Shown piece by piece: positions 10,494 through 19,739 of a DNA stretch of 64,000 nt. A model generated the notes under the pieces. The model had not been told where the DNA came from. It did no database searches and worked only from the letters and a program-made list of their open reading frames with translations. This stretch comes from a virus (lineage: Duplodnaviria; Heunggongvirae; Uroviricota; Caudoviricetes): the IMG/VR virus record IMGVR_UViG_3300025765_000001. One strand, written 5' to 3'. The first letter of the stretch is position 1, and every line of letters begins with the position of its first letter. The translations under genes were made by a program, and so were the position numbers.

Positions 10494-11072
10494 ATGGTAG
10501 CTTTGAACTTCAAAGATTGGTTTCTTCTGAAGGAGAGCCAGGGCAAAGGCTTTCAGGATTACATTAAGGGTGGAATGGTACATTTATTCCATTACACCCC
10601 GTATCGCAGCCCTGAAGTCGAACTGAAGCCGGAACGCTTTGGAGAGAATCCCTGGAGCCGCCGTGAGAAGCAATCTGCCTCAATGCAGCGAATCTACTTC
10701 TACCTCGATCTCAGGGACAAAGAGAGTTTCTTCAGCGGCAATACGCTCTATCAGGCGGTCGTGCCAGCCAGTCAGATTTACGACTTGGCAACCGATCCCG
10801 AAGAGCTAATAGGCAGGGTGCGGAGTGCTGGCTTTTTCGATATCGACCGGCTCCTTGAGGAAGTGAAGAAAGAAGGATACAAGGGCGTTTACTATAATAA
10901 TGGGATGCATCTGGTTGCATGGTTCAACCCAATCGCCGTCACCAGAGTAGAGGAGGATGATGTGCTTTCCAACCACTTCGGAACCTCCCGCCAGGGAATA
11001 GCTAATGAGAAAGCAGCCGAGCAAGAACGAAGGATGAAAGATTGGGAAACACAGGGCCTAAAGGTCCGCTAA
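10494..11072 (+). CDS. Putative virion-internal protein, possibly ADP-ribosyltransferase-like fold
   Basis: N-terminal 'FKDWFLLKE'; TAAATA 4 nt before the ATG; 'LFHYT...IYFY...LY...GYKGVYY' pattern. Confidence 0.45.
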   Translation: MVALNFKDWFLLKESQGKGFQDYIKGGMVHLFHYTPYRSPEVELKPERFGENPWSRREKQSASMQRIYFYLDLRDKESFFSGNTLYQAVVPASQIYDLATDPEELIGRVRSAGFFDIDRLLEEVKKEGYKGVYYNNGMHLVAWFNPIAVTRVEEDDVLSNHFGTSRQGIANEKAAEQERRMKDWETQGLKVR

Positions 11073-11086
11073 CCCCGGAGTAGTTT

Positions 11087-12238
11087 ATGTTCTTGTGGAC
11101 TAGCGAAGCTGTCTCCAAGGGGCATCCTGACAAGGTTGCCGATCAGATCGCCGATTCCATCTTGGACGCCTACCTGAGCGTCGATCCGCTTGAAAGGGTT
11201 GCTTGTGAAATCACTTGCTGCAAAGACTTCGTGCTGGTAACAGGCGAGGTTAGTAGCCGTAAGCCAGTTAATGTTGAGGCCATCGTTCGGGCGAAGTTGG
11301 TTCAGATTGGCTACGACAGCCAGGAGGCGTGCTACAACGGCTACGAGGTCGAAATTCTCAATCGTCTTAACACACAATCAGATCAGATCGCCGCAGCCGT
11401 CGCCAAGACAGACGGCGAAATCGGTGCTGGAGATCAAGGCATTATGTTCGGGTTCGCCTGTGACGAGACACCGGCCTTCATGCCCTTCACCCATCATCTG
11501 GCATTCAAGGTGATCGATGTTTTGGAACAGGATGAGGCGAAAGGCGGTCTGCTTCTTCCCGATGCCAAGTCACAAGTCACGATGGTCTATGAAAGAGACG
11601 GCCAGCCGTTGTATATTGACACAGTGCTTGTGTCTACACAACACCGTCAAGGCATTGTGACCAAGGCTGAACTGGAGAACTACCTGACCAATTTGGTGAA
11701 GCCAGTGTTGCTCGAAGGCTATGCCAAGTACATCAATCCCACCAAAACGAAATGGTTGTTCAACCCTTCGGGCCTCTGGACCTTTGGCGGTCCTGCTGCC
11801 GACACCGGCCTTAGTGGTCGTAAGATCGTGGTGGACAACTACGGTGCCGATTGCCCAATCGGGGGCGGTTCTTTCAGTGGCAAAGACCCGACCAAGGTTG
11901 ATCGCAGCGGGGCATACGCCGCTCGCCACGTTGCCAAGAACCTCGTAGCTGTTGGTGCGGCCAAGCGTTGCCAAGTCCAGTTGTCATACGCTATCGGCGT
12001 GGTCGAGCCTGTGTCGATCAGAATTCAGACGTTCGGGACCGGAGACTGGACGGATGAGGAGTTGACCAATCTGGTAAGGAAAAATGTTCGGCTCAGCCCG
12101 AAGGCCATCATCGACCGCTTCAATCTCCGACGCCCGATCTACGCTGCTACTGCGAGCGGCGGGCACTTTGGCCGAGATGGTTTCCCCTGGGAAGAACTGG
12201 ATTTAGTAGATGTTTTCAAGAAGAAAATCTACCAGTGA
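11087..12238 (+). CDS. metK: S-adenosylmethionine synthetase
   Basis: SEAVSKGHPDK, GAGDQG, DAKSQV, DTGLSGRK, GGGSFSGKDPTKVDRS, GHFGR. Confidence 0.97.
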   Translation: MFLWTSEAVSKGHPDKVADQIADSILDAYLSVDPLERVACEITCCKDFVLVTGEVSSRKPVNVEAIVRAKLVQIGYDSQEACYNGYEVEILNRLNTQSDQIAAAVAKTDGEIGAGDQGIMFGFACDETPAFMPFTHHLAFKVIDVLEQDEAKGGLLLPDAKSQVTMVYERDGQPLYIDTVLVSTQHRQGIVTKAELENYLTNLVKPVLLEGYAKYINPTKTKWLFNPSGLWTFGGPAADTGLSGRKIVVDNYGADCPIGGGSFSGKDPTKVDRSGAYAARHVAKNLVAVGAAKRCQVQLSYAIGVVEPVSIRIQTFGTGDWTDEELTNLVRKNVRLSPKAIIDRFNLRRPIYAATASGGHFGRDGFPWEELDLVDVFKKKIYQ

Positions 12239-12240
12239 GA

Positions 12241-12795
12241 TCAAGCGTTGCGATATCGTAGTACATCTTCTGGCTTGACAGAGAGGCATGATCCTTGGTC
12301 GCAAGGATCATGCCTCTCTCTGTTTTCTCTCCCTGTCTTACCAAGCTATCTTCCAGGCAATAGAACCGTTTTTGAAGTTCACGCTTTAGGTAGGCCAGGC
12401 CATTTGCCAGAAATTTGCGTGGTTGTATCGTGTGCCATGAGACATGTAAACTCACGAGCAAAGAGACATCGCATTTCATTCTTCATATACCATCGTTGGT
12501 GGTTGTTCGCTGGATTCTGTGAGCAGATCGACTGATTTACGCTGTTCGAGCTTGAATCGATCTTCGTGGCCGCTCTGTTCCACGAGGCCACGGAGCCTGT
12601 CAATGATATTTTGTCACAGAGCGTTGCCTTGAAATTGGCACCGCCATTTAGTGCTTCTACGAATGCAATGGTAGCTGCTCCGTACAGCGGACCTATTTCC
12701 AACACGTTCTAGACCCATAAGATATGTCTGAGGTCGGCTGACCAATCCGGGTGGAAAAGTTGTGGATCGTACTTTTTGTAGTCGAAGAGTTTCAT
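12241..12795 (-). pseudogene. Class I SAM methyltransferase (Methyltransf_24-like), degraded paralogue of 35791-36381
   Basis: 'VLEIGPLYGAATIAFVEALNGGANF..TLCD' and 'MAHDT'; in-frame TAG at 12709-12711 plus frameshifts. Confidence 0.65.
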
Positions 12796-13664
12796 TACCA
12801 ATCATGCCTCTCACTTGCTTGTGGACGGAAGACTTCGTGATAAGGCCAATAGAACCAGTATTTTTCACCAGTGAAAGCTGGCCCTAGCATATGGAGGATG
12901 AGGTTGTGTTTGGCGGCACCACGAACCCAGCCACTTTGCAGTATATCGTATGGTGAGGTCTTGTTTGTCAGTCTGTGATTGATGGAGACAAAGTTATTCC
13001 AGGTAGAGTCATGAACAACAAAGTCTTCGTTTCCCCAGCGTTGCATAGCCCAATGCAACGCACCTTCATCGTAGTAAGGAAGATTGTTGCGAACCTCTTC
13101 ATCCTGTTCCGCCTCCTTGATGATGAAGGTCCAGTGGTCCATAAGCTCCCGGTCTCGGTTCAGATCGATTCCAATGACTCCAGCATTGACCTTGTTATCT
13201 GGGTGAAATAACTTTGTTACAGGGTACTTGTTGATGATGAAGTTGGGATTGGCTATGACGAACTTCTCCCCGGTCCAGCACTTAAGTTCATACCTACGGG
13301 CCGACCGGTGCCTGACAGCGAAGGCTTGTTCTTTGAGTTTCGCAAACAATGGTACTATGGGGTTTTTGTAACTAGCAATGCAATCTCCGTCAAGCCATAG
13401 CGTTTTCTGGTAAGGTGACTGGAGAATAAACCAGGGCTTGCACCAAGTTTGCCAGAAATACATGGTGGTGGGGATTAGAATCTCAGGTGTCCTGATCTTG
13501 ATTTTATGTTCTTGGCACCATTCGATTTGTTTGTCTTCTAGGCCGAGGTCAAAAAGAGTAATGGGAGCCTGTCCTGCCACGGATAATGCAAGGGTAGCGA
13601 AGCCGCCAAAATAGCCGCTATCGCAGGCCGTGATAATTCCGTAGTGGGGTTGGATTCCTAGCAT
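12795..13664 (-). CDS. GT-A fold glycosyltransferase (GT8-like/nucleotide-diphospho-sugar transferase)
   Basis: 'ITACD..YF', 'DLGL', 'KP', DxD motif 'LWLDGD', 'NAGV', 'DEGAL', 'ILH..G'. Confidence 0.75.
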   Translation of the reverse strand: MLGIQPHYGIITACDSGYFGGFATLALSVAGQAPITLFDLGLEDKQIEWCQEHKIKIRTPEILIPTTMYFWQTWCKPWFILQSPYQKTLWLDGDCIASYKNPIVPLFAKLKEQAFAVRHRSARRYELKCWTGEKFVIANPNFIINKYPVTKLFHPDNKVNAGVIGIDLNRDRELMDHWTFIIKEAEQDEEVRNNLPYYDEGALHWAMQRWGNEDFVVHDSTWNNFVSINHRLTNKTSPYDILQSGWVRGAAKHNLILHMLGPAFTGEKYWFYWPYHEVFRPQASERHDW

Positions 13665-13677
13665 GGTATAATACAGT

Positions 13678-14004
13678 ATGAGCCAGAAAAAGAAACAAGT
13701 CCGATCTGCCTTCCGCAATGCCGTCTTCCAGCGTGACCGCTATCGGTGCGTGGGTTGCGGTTACCAGTCCACCCCAGAGAAAGCACTGGACACTCACTAC
13801 ATTACCGACAGAAACGAGATGCCCAATGGCGGCTATGCAGCCGAGAACGGGGTCTCTCTGTGCAAAGCGGAATGTTACGAGAAGGCGAAATCACATCATA
13901 AGGGCGAGCCGGTGCCGCCCGGATTCTCGCCAGCCGAACTATACGCCAAGATCGGTTCATCCTACCAGAAGGCCGTCAGAGCATCAAAAAAACTGTCTGC
14001 GTAA
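13678..14004 (+). CDS. HNH endonuclease-like protein, catalytic His residues apparently mutated
   Basis: 'VFQRDRYRCVGCG', 'HYI' (expected HHI), 'ENGVSLC..ECY' (expected CH). Confidence 0.65.
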   Translation: MSQKKKQVRSAFRNAVFQRDRYRCVGCGYQSTPEKALDTHYITDRNEMPNGGYAAENGVSLCKAECYEKAKSHHKGEPVPPGFSPAELYAKIGSSYQKAVRASKKLSA

Positions 14005-14041
14005 CCTATATACTTTGCTCTTTTACACGAGGAGGTAAAGT

Positions 14042-14155
14042 ATGTGGTATGCAGTAGCTTTCGTTGCAGGTCTAGTCGTTGGGTGGAACTTCTTCCCTCA
14101 GCCTGAGTTGGTGAAGAGCCTCTTCGACAAGATCAAGAACAAGATTGGCGGCTAA
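14042..14155 (+). CDS. 37-aa single-pass membrane protein (MWYAVAFVAGLVVGWNFFPQPELVKSLFDKIKNKIGG), not in the ORF track
   Basis: Strong SD GAGGAGGT; stop overlaps the next ATG. Confidence 0.7.
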   Translation: MWYAVAFVAGLVVGWNFFPQPELVKSLFDKIKNKIGG

Positions 14156-14789
14156 TGTGGGATTTCAAGCTCTGGCTAGAAGAGAACTCGGTTCACCCGA
14201 TGATTTATTGCGATCTTGGATGATACACTGGTTTCGACCTATAACAATGCCATCCTAACCCAATTACGCAGATCAATACGACCAGGACCAAGCCGATATT
14301 CGCCAAGCTGCTTCCCAAATACGAAGCCCAACTAACAATCTGTGAAAAGCTCCTCTGGTGAGATTTCCAGAGGAAAATAGAATTGTCATCGCACGGCCCG
14401 GTTGCGACGAGTTCGTTAAGGCTCTTTGCAATTTGGGTCGTCTCTATTTACTAAGTTCAGGACGGCAAGAATACATCGAACAAGTCATCGACGTTCTCGG
14501 CCTCACCAAGTTTTTCGACGGGCTGTACTCGGTCAAAAACGGTCCATTGCCTCCCCGCCCACCAGACGACAGGTAGGTGCTGGTCGATGATGTTGTTAAT
14601 CCAGATAAGTTCACCGCTCTGGGTCTCGACCTTAAATGCGATTGGCAAGGCGATCCAGATAAAGACACCATCGAGCTAATTTCTGACCAACATAGAGTAA
14701 AAATCCGACCTTTTGCCGGTGACGTAACTGAATCCCCAGGCGAGTTTTCGAGGATTTTGGAGGAGATAAAATCCAAGTTGAATGGATAA
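14155..14789 (+). pseudogene. HAD/NIF (FCP1-like) phosphatase with several lesions
   Basis: DL|DDTLV (DxDxT split by a frameshift), 'RPGCDEF', 'LSSG..EY', then in-frame TAG at 14574-14576 before 'VLVDD'. Confidence 0.7.
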
Positions 14790-14838
14790 ATTTTTCGCCG
14801 AGAGTCATAGATAAGGTGGACCTAGAAGGAGTAAAGAT

Positions 14839-15462
14839 ATGATTTGGCAAGAACAACTAAAAGAGGACGTGAAGAAAGTTCTAGAATCTAATTGCCCAAA
14901 AAAGAGGTCTAGTATGAGTTTTGCACCACACACCAACGTGGAAATGATGGCAACTCCACGAAAAATACGCCTAAACGAAGAGCAGAAGGACAACAACTTC
15001 GCACTGCCGCTCTTTCTGCTCGTTCTATTACTAGGAGTTGGTTTGGTCTTTGCATGGTACTCTAAGCGGGGCCAGTTTGTGTCGCCGCTAATAGCCTACC
15101 GGCAGCCGAGCAACCCATATACTCTGCCATACACGCCTCCGTCCTATACGCCCCCTGACTCGACTGTGCCGCTCTGGAGACCTGGGCCGACACAACCTGG
15201 GCCTGATGGAAGGCTGACCCAGGACGTACAGAACTTGAAGGAGGTTGTTCAACTGATGTGGGGCAAGCAGAAAGCTACTACGGAAAGACTCACCCTCTTG
15301 GGCATCATAGCGAATCAGAACTTCACTGTACTGGAAAGAGGTCTGCCAAAGAGTGAAATGATCTATCTGAACGCTGACTGGACCATAGACAGGATGCCTA
15401 GTCAGTTGAATCTAGACGAGGCCGATAAGGAGTTCCTGAGAAGATATCTCAAGCAAAGGTAG
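14839..15462 (+). CDS. Single-pass membrane protein with a Pro-rich linker
   Basis: SD AAGGAG, TM 'FALPLFLLVLLLGVGLVFAW'. Confidence 0.65.
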   Translation: MIWQEQLKEDVKKVLESNCPKKRSSMSFAPHTNVEMMATPRKIRLNEEQKDNNFALPLFLLVLLLGVGLVFAWYSKRGQFVSPLIAYRQPSNPYTLPYTPPSYTPPDSTVPLWRPGPTQPGPDGRLTQDVQNLKEVVQLMWGKQKATTERLTLLGIIANQNFTVLERGLPKSEMIYLNADWTIDRMPSQLNLDEADKEFLRRYLKQR

Positions 15463-15504
15463 TATTCGTTACCTCCTTCGACCCAAGATCAGTACCGTAA
15501 CGAA

Positions 15505-15533
15505 GAAAGCCCGCCGTAAGGCGGGCTTTTTTT
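15505..15533. terminator. Bidirectional terminator between convergent genes
   Basis: AAAGCCCGCC-GTAA-GGCGGGCTTTTTTT. Confidence 0.85.
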
Positions 15534-15534
15534 A

Positions 15535-16251
15535 TTAGATTTCATCTATTGCCGAGAGTATATCATGCCAATCTTTCGGCAAGTCCTCAGAGAAGTCCAT
15601 TTCAAAGAACCGGTTTACACACTCGGCCAAATGATCGGCGGTGAATTTGGTTGAATCGTTGTCATCACGCAAATCACGAACTACTTCCAATTGAATGCTG
15701 TGGACATTAGGTTTGTAGTACCACTTCCTGAATAGTTGGTTGAGGTTGTTTTTCGCACGACCTGCGTACTGTCCTCCAGCCGCCCCCTCGTATACGTAAA
15801 GCCCGCTCTTTCTCATGTGATAGCACATTGCGTCTTTTACTATAAGCTCACAGCTTAGCGAGTTAGGTTTTCCAGCACCGTAGCCCACAACTATGTCTAC
15901 AGGCTCGCCTTTGTTTCTTTTGACGATGAAGTTACTCATGCCGTGAATTATAAGCATGAGCATTGAGCTATAGTCATGCTCTAACCTGCTGATGAACCGT
16001 AGGATAGGTTGCAGGAACTCGTCGTTGACCACATCCTCGTGAAGATGGGTTATATCGTTGCAGTTGGCCTTGTCCTTGAAGTAGTCCACTTTCGGGGCAC
16101 GTTCCCAGCCACGATTGATGACCGCAAATGCATCCAGGTCTTCAGCCATACACTTGGTCAGCAGATCAGTATTGTGGTCGTTCGCACCGTGAGGTGCGAT
16201 CAATAGAATGGGGGTTTCCCCTTCTCGAATGCTAACTCGTTCCATATACAT
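15535..16251 (-). CDS. Zn-dependent amidohydrolase (N-formylglutamate amidohydrolase/poly-gamma-glutamate hydrolase-like)
   Basis: 'IAPHG', 'IIHG', 'YAG', 'SIQLE...R'. Confidence 0.6.
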   Translation of the reverse strand: MYMERVSIREGETPILLIAPHGANDHNTDLLTKCMAEDLDAFAVINRGWERAPKVDYFKDKANCNDITHLHEDVVNDEFLQPILRFISRLEHDYSSMLMLIIHGMSNFIVKRNKGEPVDIVVGYGAGKPNSLSCELIVKDAMCYHMRKSGLYVYEGAAGGQYAGRAKNNLNQLFRKWYYKPNVHSIQLEVVRDLRDDNDSTKFTADHLAECVNRFFEMDFSEDLPKDWHDILSAIDEI

Positions 16252-16310
16252 TCCCCTTCATCATTTATATATCATAGCAGGTGCCTAATCAAGCCAGGAT
16301 CGATCCCAGA

Positions 16311-17222
16311 CTAGAGATGGGACAGTACGGCCTCGAAGAGTGGTTGTTTCAGTCCTTTGTAGTAAACGTGGTTATGTTTGGACTCGAAGTAATCAATTAC
16401 CTCTTGGTATCTAGCCAGAGGCTTCAGGTGTCTCGGCACGAAATGTGTTGTATTCGGAGACGGGTCAAAGTTAAAAACCGGGTGTCTTTTTGTCCAGATA
16501 CCTATCGTCTTTGTATCCGTAGCACCAGCAAGATGCAGCGGCCCCTGGGAATCGATGCCTATGAAGAGCTTGCACTGGCGGATTAGTTCATTAGTTGTCA
16601 TTGCATCCCCGTAACTCCTGGTTTTTGCCCAGAGAGGGTGTACCTTCCTAACGGCAATGCTTTTGGTATCAACTAGCTCTGATTTACTATCCCATCTGAA
16701 GGTAATGGGGTTATAGCCTTTGGCTATGATGGTCTCGCAAAGCTCACGAATTACATCATCTGTCTCGTGAAAAAGATCGTGATCCGCTCTCTGGTAGTGG
16801 ATTCCCACCGATCCCTTTGTTTCAGGTAGCTTCGATAGGAACAGTTTAACTTTTGCCGCCACTCCTTTATTCACAAACAGTTCATATCTCGCTAGTTTTT
16901 CCGAGGTAGGGTAGGCAAGTTTTTCTCTCAAATACCAGTTGGTGAACGTCGGAGCGAGGCCATTCTTGGCAGGCCCTAGCCAGTAAAGCCCAGAGATGTC
17001 TTCAAGTTTCACATCTAGAAACTTCGAGTAATCATTGGGGTCCGCCTTGTCGTATGGCAGCGGCAGCGATTGATGGCAATACTTGTGAAATAAGGAGAAT
17101 TGGTCCGATTTGGATTGGCAGTCTAGTACCCAATCTGGTCTGTGTTCTCGTATGTGTTTCAGTATTATGGTAGACTGCACGGCTAGCTGCATGTCGCCGT
17201 TGATGCCGCAAAGAACTCTCAT
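16311..17222 (-). CDS. Glycosyltransferase family 9 (heptosyltransferase-like)
   Basis: N-terminal 'GINGD', C-terminal 'FIGIDS.GPLHLAGA...TIGIW'. Confidence 0.7.
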   Translation of the reverse strand: MRVLCGINGDMQLAVQSTIILKHIREHRPDWVLDCQSKSDQFSLFHKYCHQSLPLPYDKADPNDYSKFLDVKLEDISGLYWLGPAKNGLAPTFTNWYLREKLAYPTSEKLARYELFVNKGVAAKVKLFLSKLPETKGSVGIHYQRADHDLFHETDDVIRELCETIIAKGYNPITFRWDSKSELVDTKSIAVRKVHPLWAKTRSYGDAMTTNELIRQCKLFIGIDSQGPLHLAGATDTKTIGIWTKRHPVFNFDPSPNTTHFVPRHLKPLARYQEVIDYFESKHNHVYYKGLKQPLFEAVLSHL

Positions 17223-17545
17223 TGCATTCCTTCAAGAAGTATGGGGGGCGGGCAAAGCCCGCCCCCCATACCGTCAACCGAACGGGTTATTAGACTATCC
17301 AGGCCTTAGCCAATGTGTTTCTGAAAGCCCGTTCCAGAGGTTTTTCTAGCCTGTTCATGTGGTACACCACGAGGGCGTCGGCCAGTAGCTCTTTTTGCTT
17401 CTGCGATTTCGCCTCTTGGAACTGACAATCCTTTCGGTGTGTTGGGGTCGCAAAGTATCTCCCTCAAAGTTAGAAAATCTTACTTCTCAGGTTTGAGAAT
17501 GCAAGAAGCGTCACCATGCCATTATACGCACGATACCTTTTGTGT

Positions 17546-17870
17546 CTTACAACTACTGGCCTTGCGGCGAGGCTCCTATCCATTATCCCCGAAAGGACTT
17601 GCGGATTACTTATATAGACTATTGCATCACTCGTACCTGCTACTTGACCAAATCGTATAGGATGCTTCGTTGGTGGTTCGCTTTGGTAGTCATCGTGGCT
17701 TGTCCGTACTTGTTATAGCGTGTTTCCTTGGATTTTTACTTGAGAAAGTTCTCACTTGTACTAAGTTTTTCCAAGTTTGCCGCTAACTGTTCATCAACCC
17801 TTTGGACCCAGGTTCTTTTGCAGTTCGAGGACGAATTCTCGATTCCAGTACCTTGGGCATTCCATGTGGC
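17546..17870 (-). ncRNA. Group I intron-like structured RNA with no obvious host exons
   Basis: P4 CTTGGA/TCCAAG, P7 GACTA/TAGTC, J8/7 GATGCAA, P3 GTTAGC/GCGAAC, P8 CAC/GTG, in canonical order; UUCG and GCAA tetraloop hairpins near the 3' end. Confidence 0.5.
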
Positions 17871-17995
17871 TTACTATTATAGGAGTGAACTAGCAAAAGC
17901 TATTTCGTCCAAAACTATCCAGTCAGGAGACCAGCCCTGAGACGCCGACACAAGCACCCCGGAAGTTTTTCCTTCCGTCAGACTAGATAGGAACG

Positions 17996-18187
17996 ATGAT
18001 TTTGAAGAAGAAAATACTAATAATGGACCTGCGAGAAGCCTCAAATGAGGAGATCGCAGGACTATTGAATGTGTTATTGAAACTAGAAAGTGTCTTGTTG
18101 CCTTGTGGCTGTAAATTAGACGTTCGTGTGAAGCCAACAGCTATCAGAGAGGAGGATGAAGAGCAGGTACTATGTGACCAACTCTAA
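17996..18187 (+). CDS. Hypothetical protein
   Basis: AGGA before the ATG; protein-like composition. Confidence 0.4.
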   Translation: MILKKKILIMDLREASNEEIAGLLNVLLKLESVLLPCGCKLDVRVKPTAIREEDEEQVLCDQL

Positions 18188-18403
18188 TCCGCTAACTTAA
18201 AGTAGGAATGCCCTCGGCTACATGGTGTTCGGTCCTAGACACGGAGCGTTGTTTGCCGTCTTTGATTGCTCGGCATTTCACGCAATACCTATCACCAGAA
18301 TCCTTCAAGAGCACCACCCCAGGCACGGCAACATTTTGGGCCACTCGCTTTTCGGTTGTGCCTTAGCCATCATTAGCCCCTCTAAGGCTGAGGAGCTAAT
18401 GTA

Positions 18404-18694
18404 CTAAAGCTCGCACTTTTTGTCTACTTCGTTTTTGAAAGAGACGCCGATCTCAGATGTGACATCATCGCCATCTTTCCAGTATGGATTCCATGATGCA
18501 CTGGATTGGTAAACTTTGGTGCCCTCATGTAAGGTCCAGAACCTAGACCCGTAGAAAAGTCCTTGAGAGAAAACGCCGCCCCGCTCGTTTGCCTTCACTC
18601 GGTTCTTGTGTTTACCAGCCAATTTGCCTTTCTTCCGCCAATTTGTCCGACACCACCGCACCCTCTGGAATAAAAATGCCAAGGGTATTTTCAT
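18404..18694 (-). CDS. Hypothetical protein
   Basis: ORF track; directly abuts the Rieske pseudogene. Confidence 0.4.
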   Translation of the reverse strand: MKIPLAFLFQRVRWCRTNWRKKGKLAGKHKNRVKANERGGVFSQGLFYGSRFWTLHEGTKVYQSSASWNPYWKDGDDVTSEIGVSFKNEVDKKCEL

Positions 18695-19555
18695 CGTAAT
18701 GATCGCCCACGACGACCTGATGCCCTGCTACATCTGCAATTCTTAAATGTGGCAGGGTTGGGTGCGGGCGAAATATTGGTTAGTGGGGCAGGTACTCTTC
18801 GGTGTTCGAGGAGGCGATCTACCAGTGTTTCACATCCATCGTTGCCGTATAGATTCAAAAACAGGTTGGAAGGCGTAGATCACCTTGTCGCCTAGTCGCT
18901 TGTCCGTGCCGTTGGTTAGGCCCATCTGGACAGTTGAAGATTTTTGTTTCCAGTTTTGGTGACTTCAATCCATCGGCCAAGGAATCGCCGTGGATGTACT
19001 TGACATGATACCCGCCGTCGAGCGAGTTGTCGGCGAAGACCTTCCAGTTGCAGTTAAGATCATATGTCTTGGATAGTGACGGCTCACAGTGGAGTTTTTG
19101 TAGTCGCTCTCCTAAGAACTATGTAAGCTTACCAATATCTTGCTGGAGGTTCCTTGGATTGCCTTCGCCGCCAAAAGGCCCGTCCAGGTCCAGAAACACA
19201 ATCGGACCCCAGGTATCAACACAGGTCGGGCGAAGGCCGTAACGCTCTTTCTCAAAACACTTTTGCGGCCCCAGGGCTGGGCAGAAACGAAGCCTGCCGT
19301 CATGGTGATAAGTCCAGTAGTCGTGCGAGGAGCCGATCAAGTCCTGCCAACGATCTCGCCAGTGAAATGATCGCCGGGGTTTACACATTGATCGACTTGA
19401 CCGACTGGAATCCAACATTTCTGGAAAATGCGTGCTTGTTCTTGCTCAAAAAACGCCGGATCGCAATACCAAGTGTAGGGCGGTGTTCTAGAATCCTCTA
19501 GACCCCTGTACGGGTCAAAAGCGTCCAGCAGTTCATCAAACGTCTTGTGTGCCAT
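18691..19555 (-). pseudogene. Rieske non-heme iron oxygenase alpha subunit (choline monooxygenase-like), fragmented
   Basis: 'TPPYTWYCDPAFFEQEQARIFQKCW.PVG', 'WTYHHDGRL', 'DTWGPIVF', mononuclear Fe motif 'CNWKVFADNSLDGGYHVKYIH'. The CxH Rieske ligands are missing, and there are stops and frameshifts. Confidence 0.8.
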
Positions 19556-19571
19556 CTTTTAGCCTCTTGCT

Positions 19572-19739
19572 CTAGGATTTGAGGGATTCATTGTGGAAAT
19601 CAAGTACAACGCACGCCCCCTGTAGCATTGCGTTGGCAATGATGATGTGGTCGGTTGGCGTGGAGTTCATGAAGTTATTCTCCACGAATTCCGCCGCCTT
19701 CTCTACCAGTTTCTCTCTCAACTTTTCTACGTCAGACAT
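19572..19739 (-). CDS. Hypothetical protein
   Basis: Overlaps the stop of the upstream PK-like gene. Confidence 0.45.
   Translation of the reverse strand: MSDVEKLREKLVEKAAEFVENNFMNSTPTDHIIIANAMLQGACVVLDFHNESLKS

Noticed and set aside
17877-18137. Terminase-like Walker B ('IVLDEIAF') as the 5' exon of the group I-like RNA
   Set aside because: No other terminase motifs, two stops follow immediately, and it overlaps a more plausible + strand ORF.
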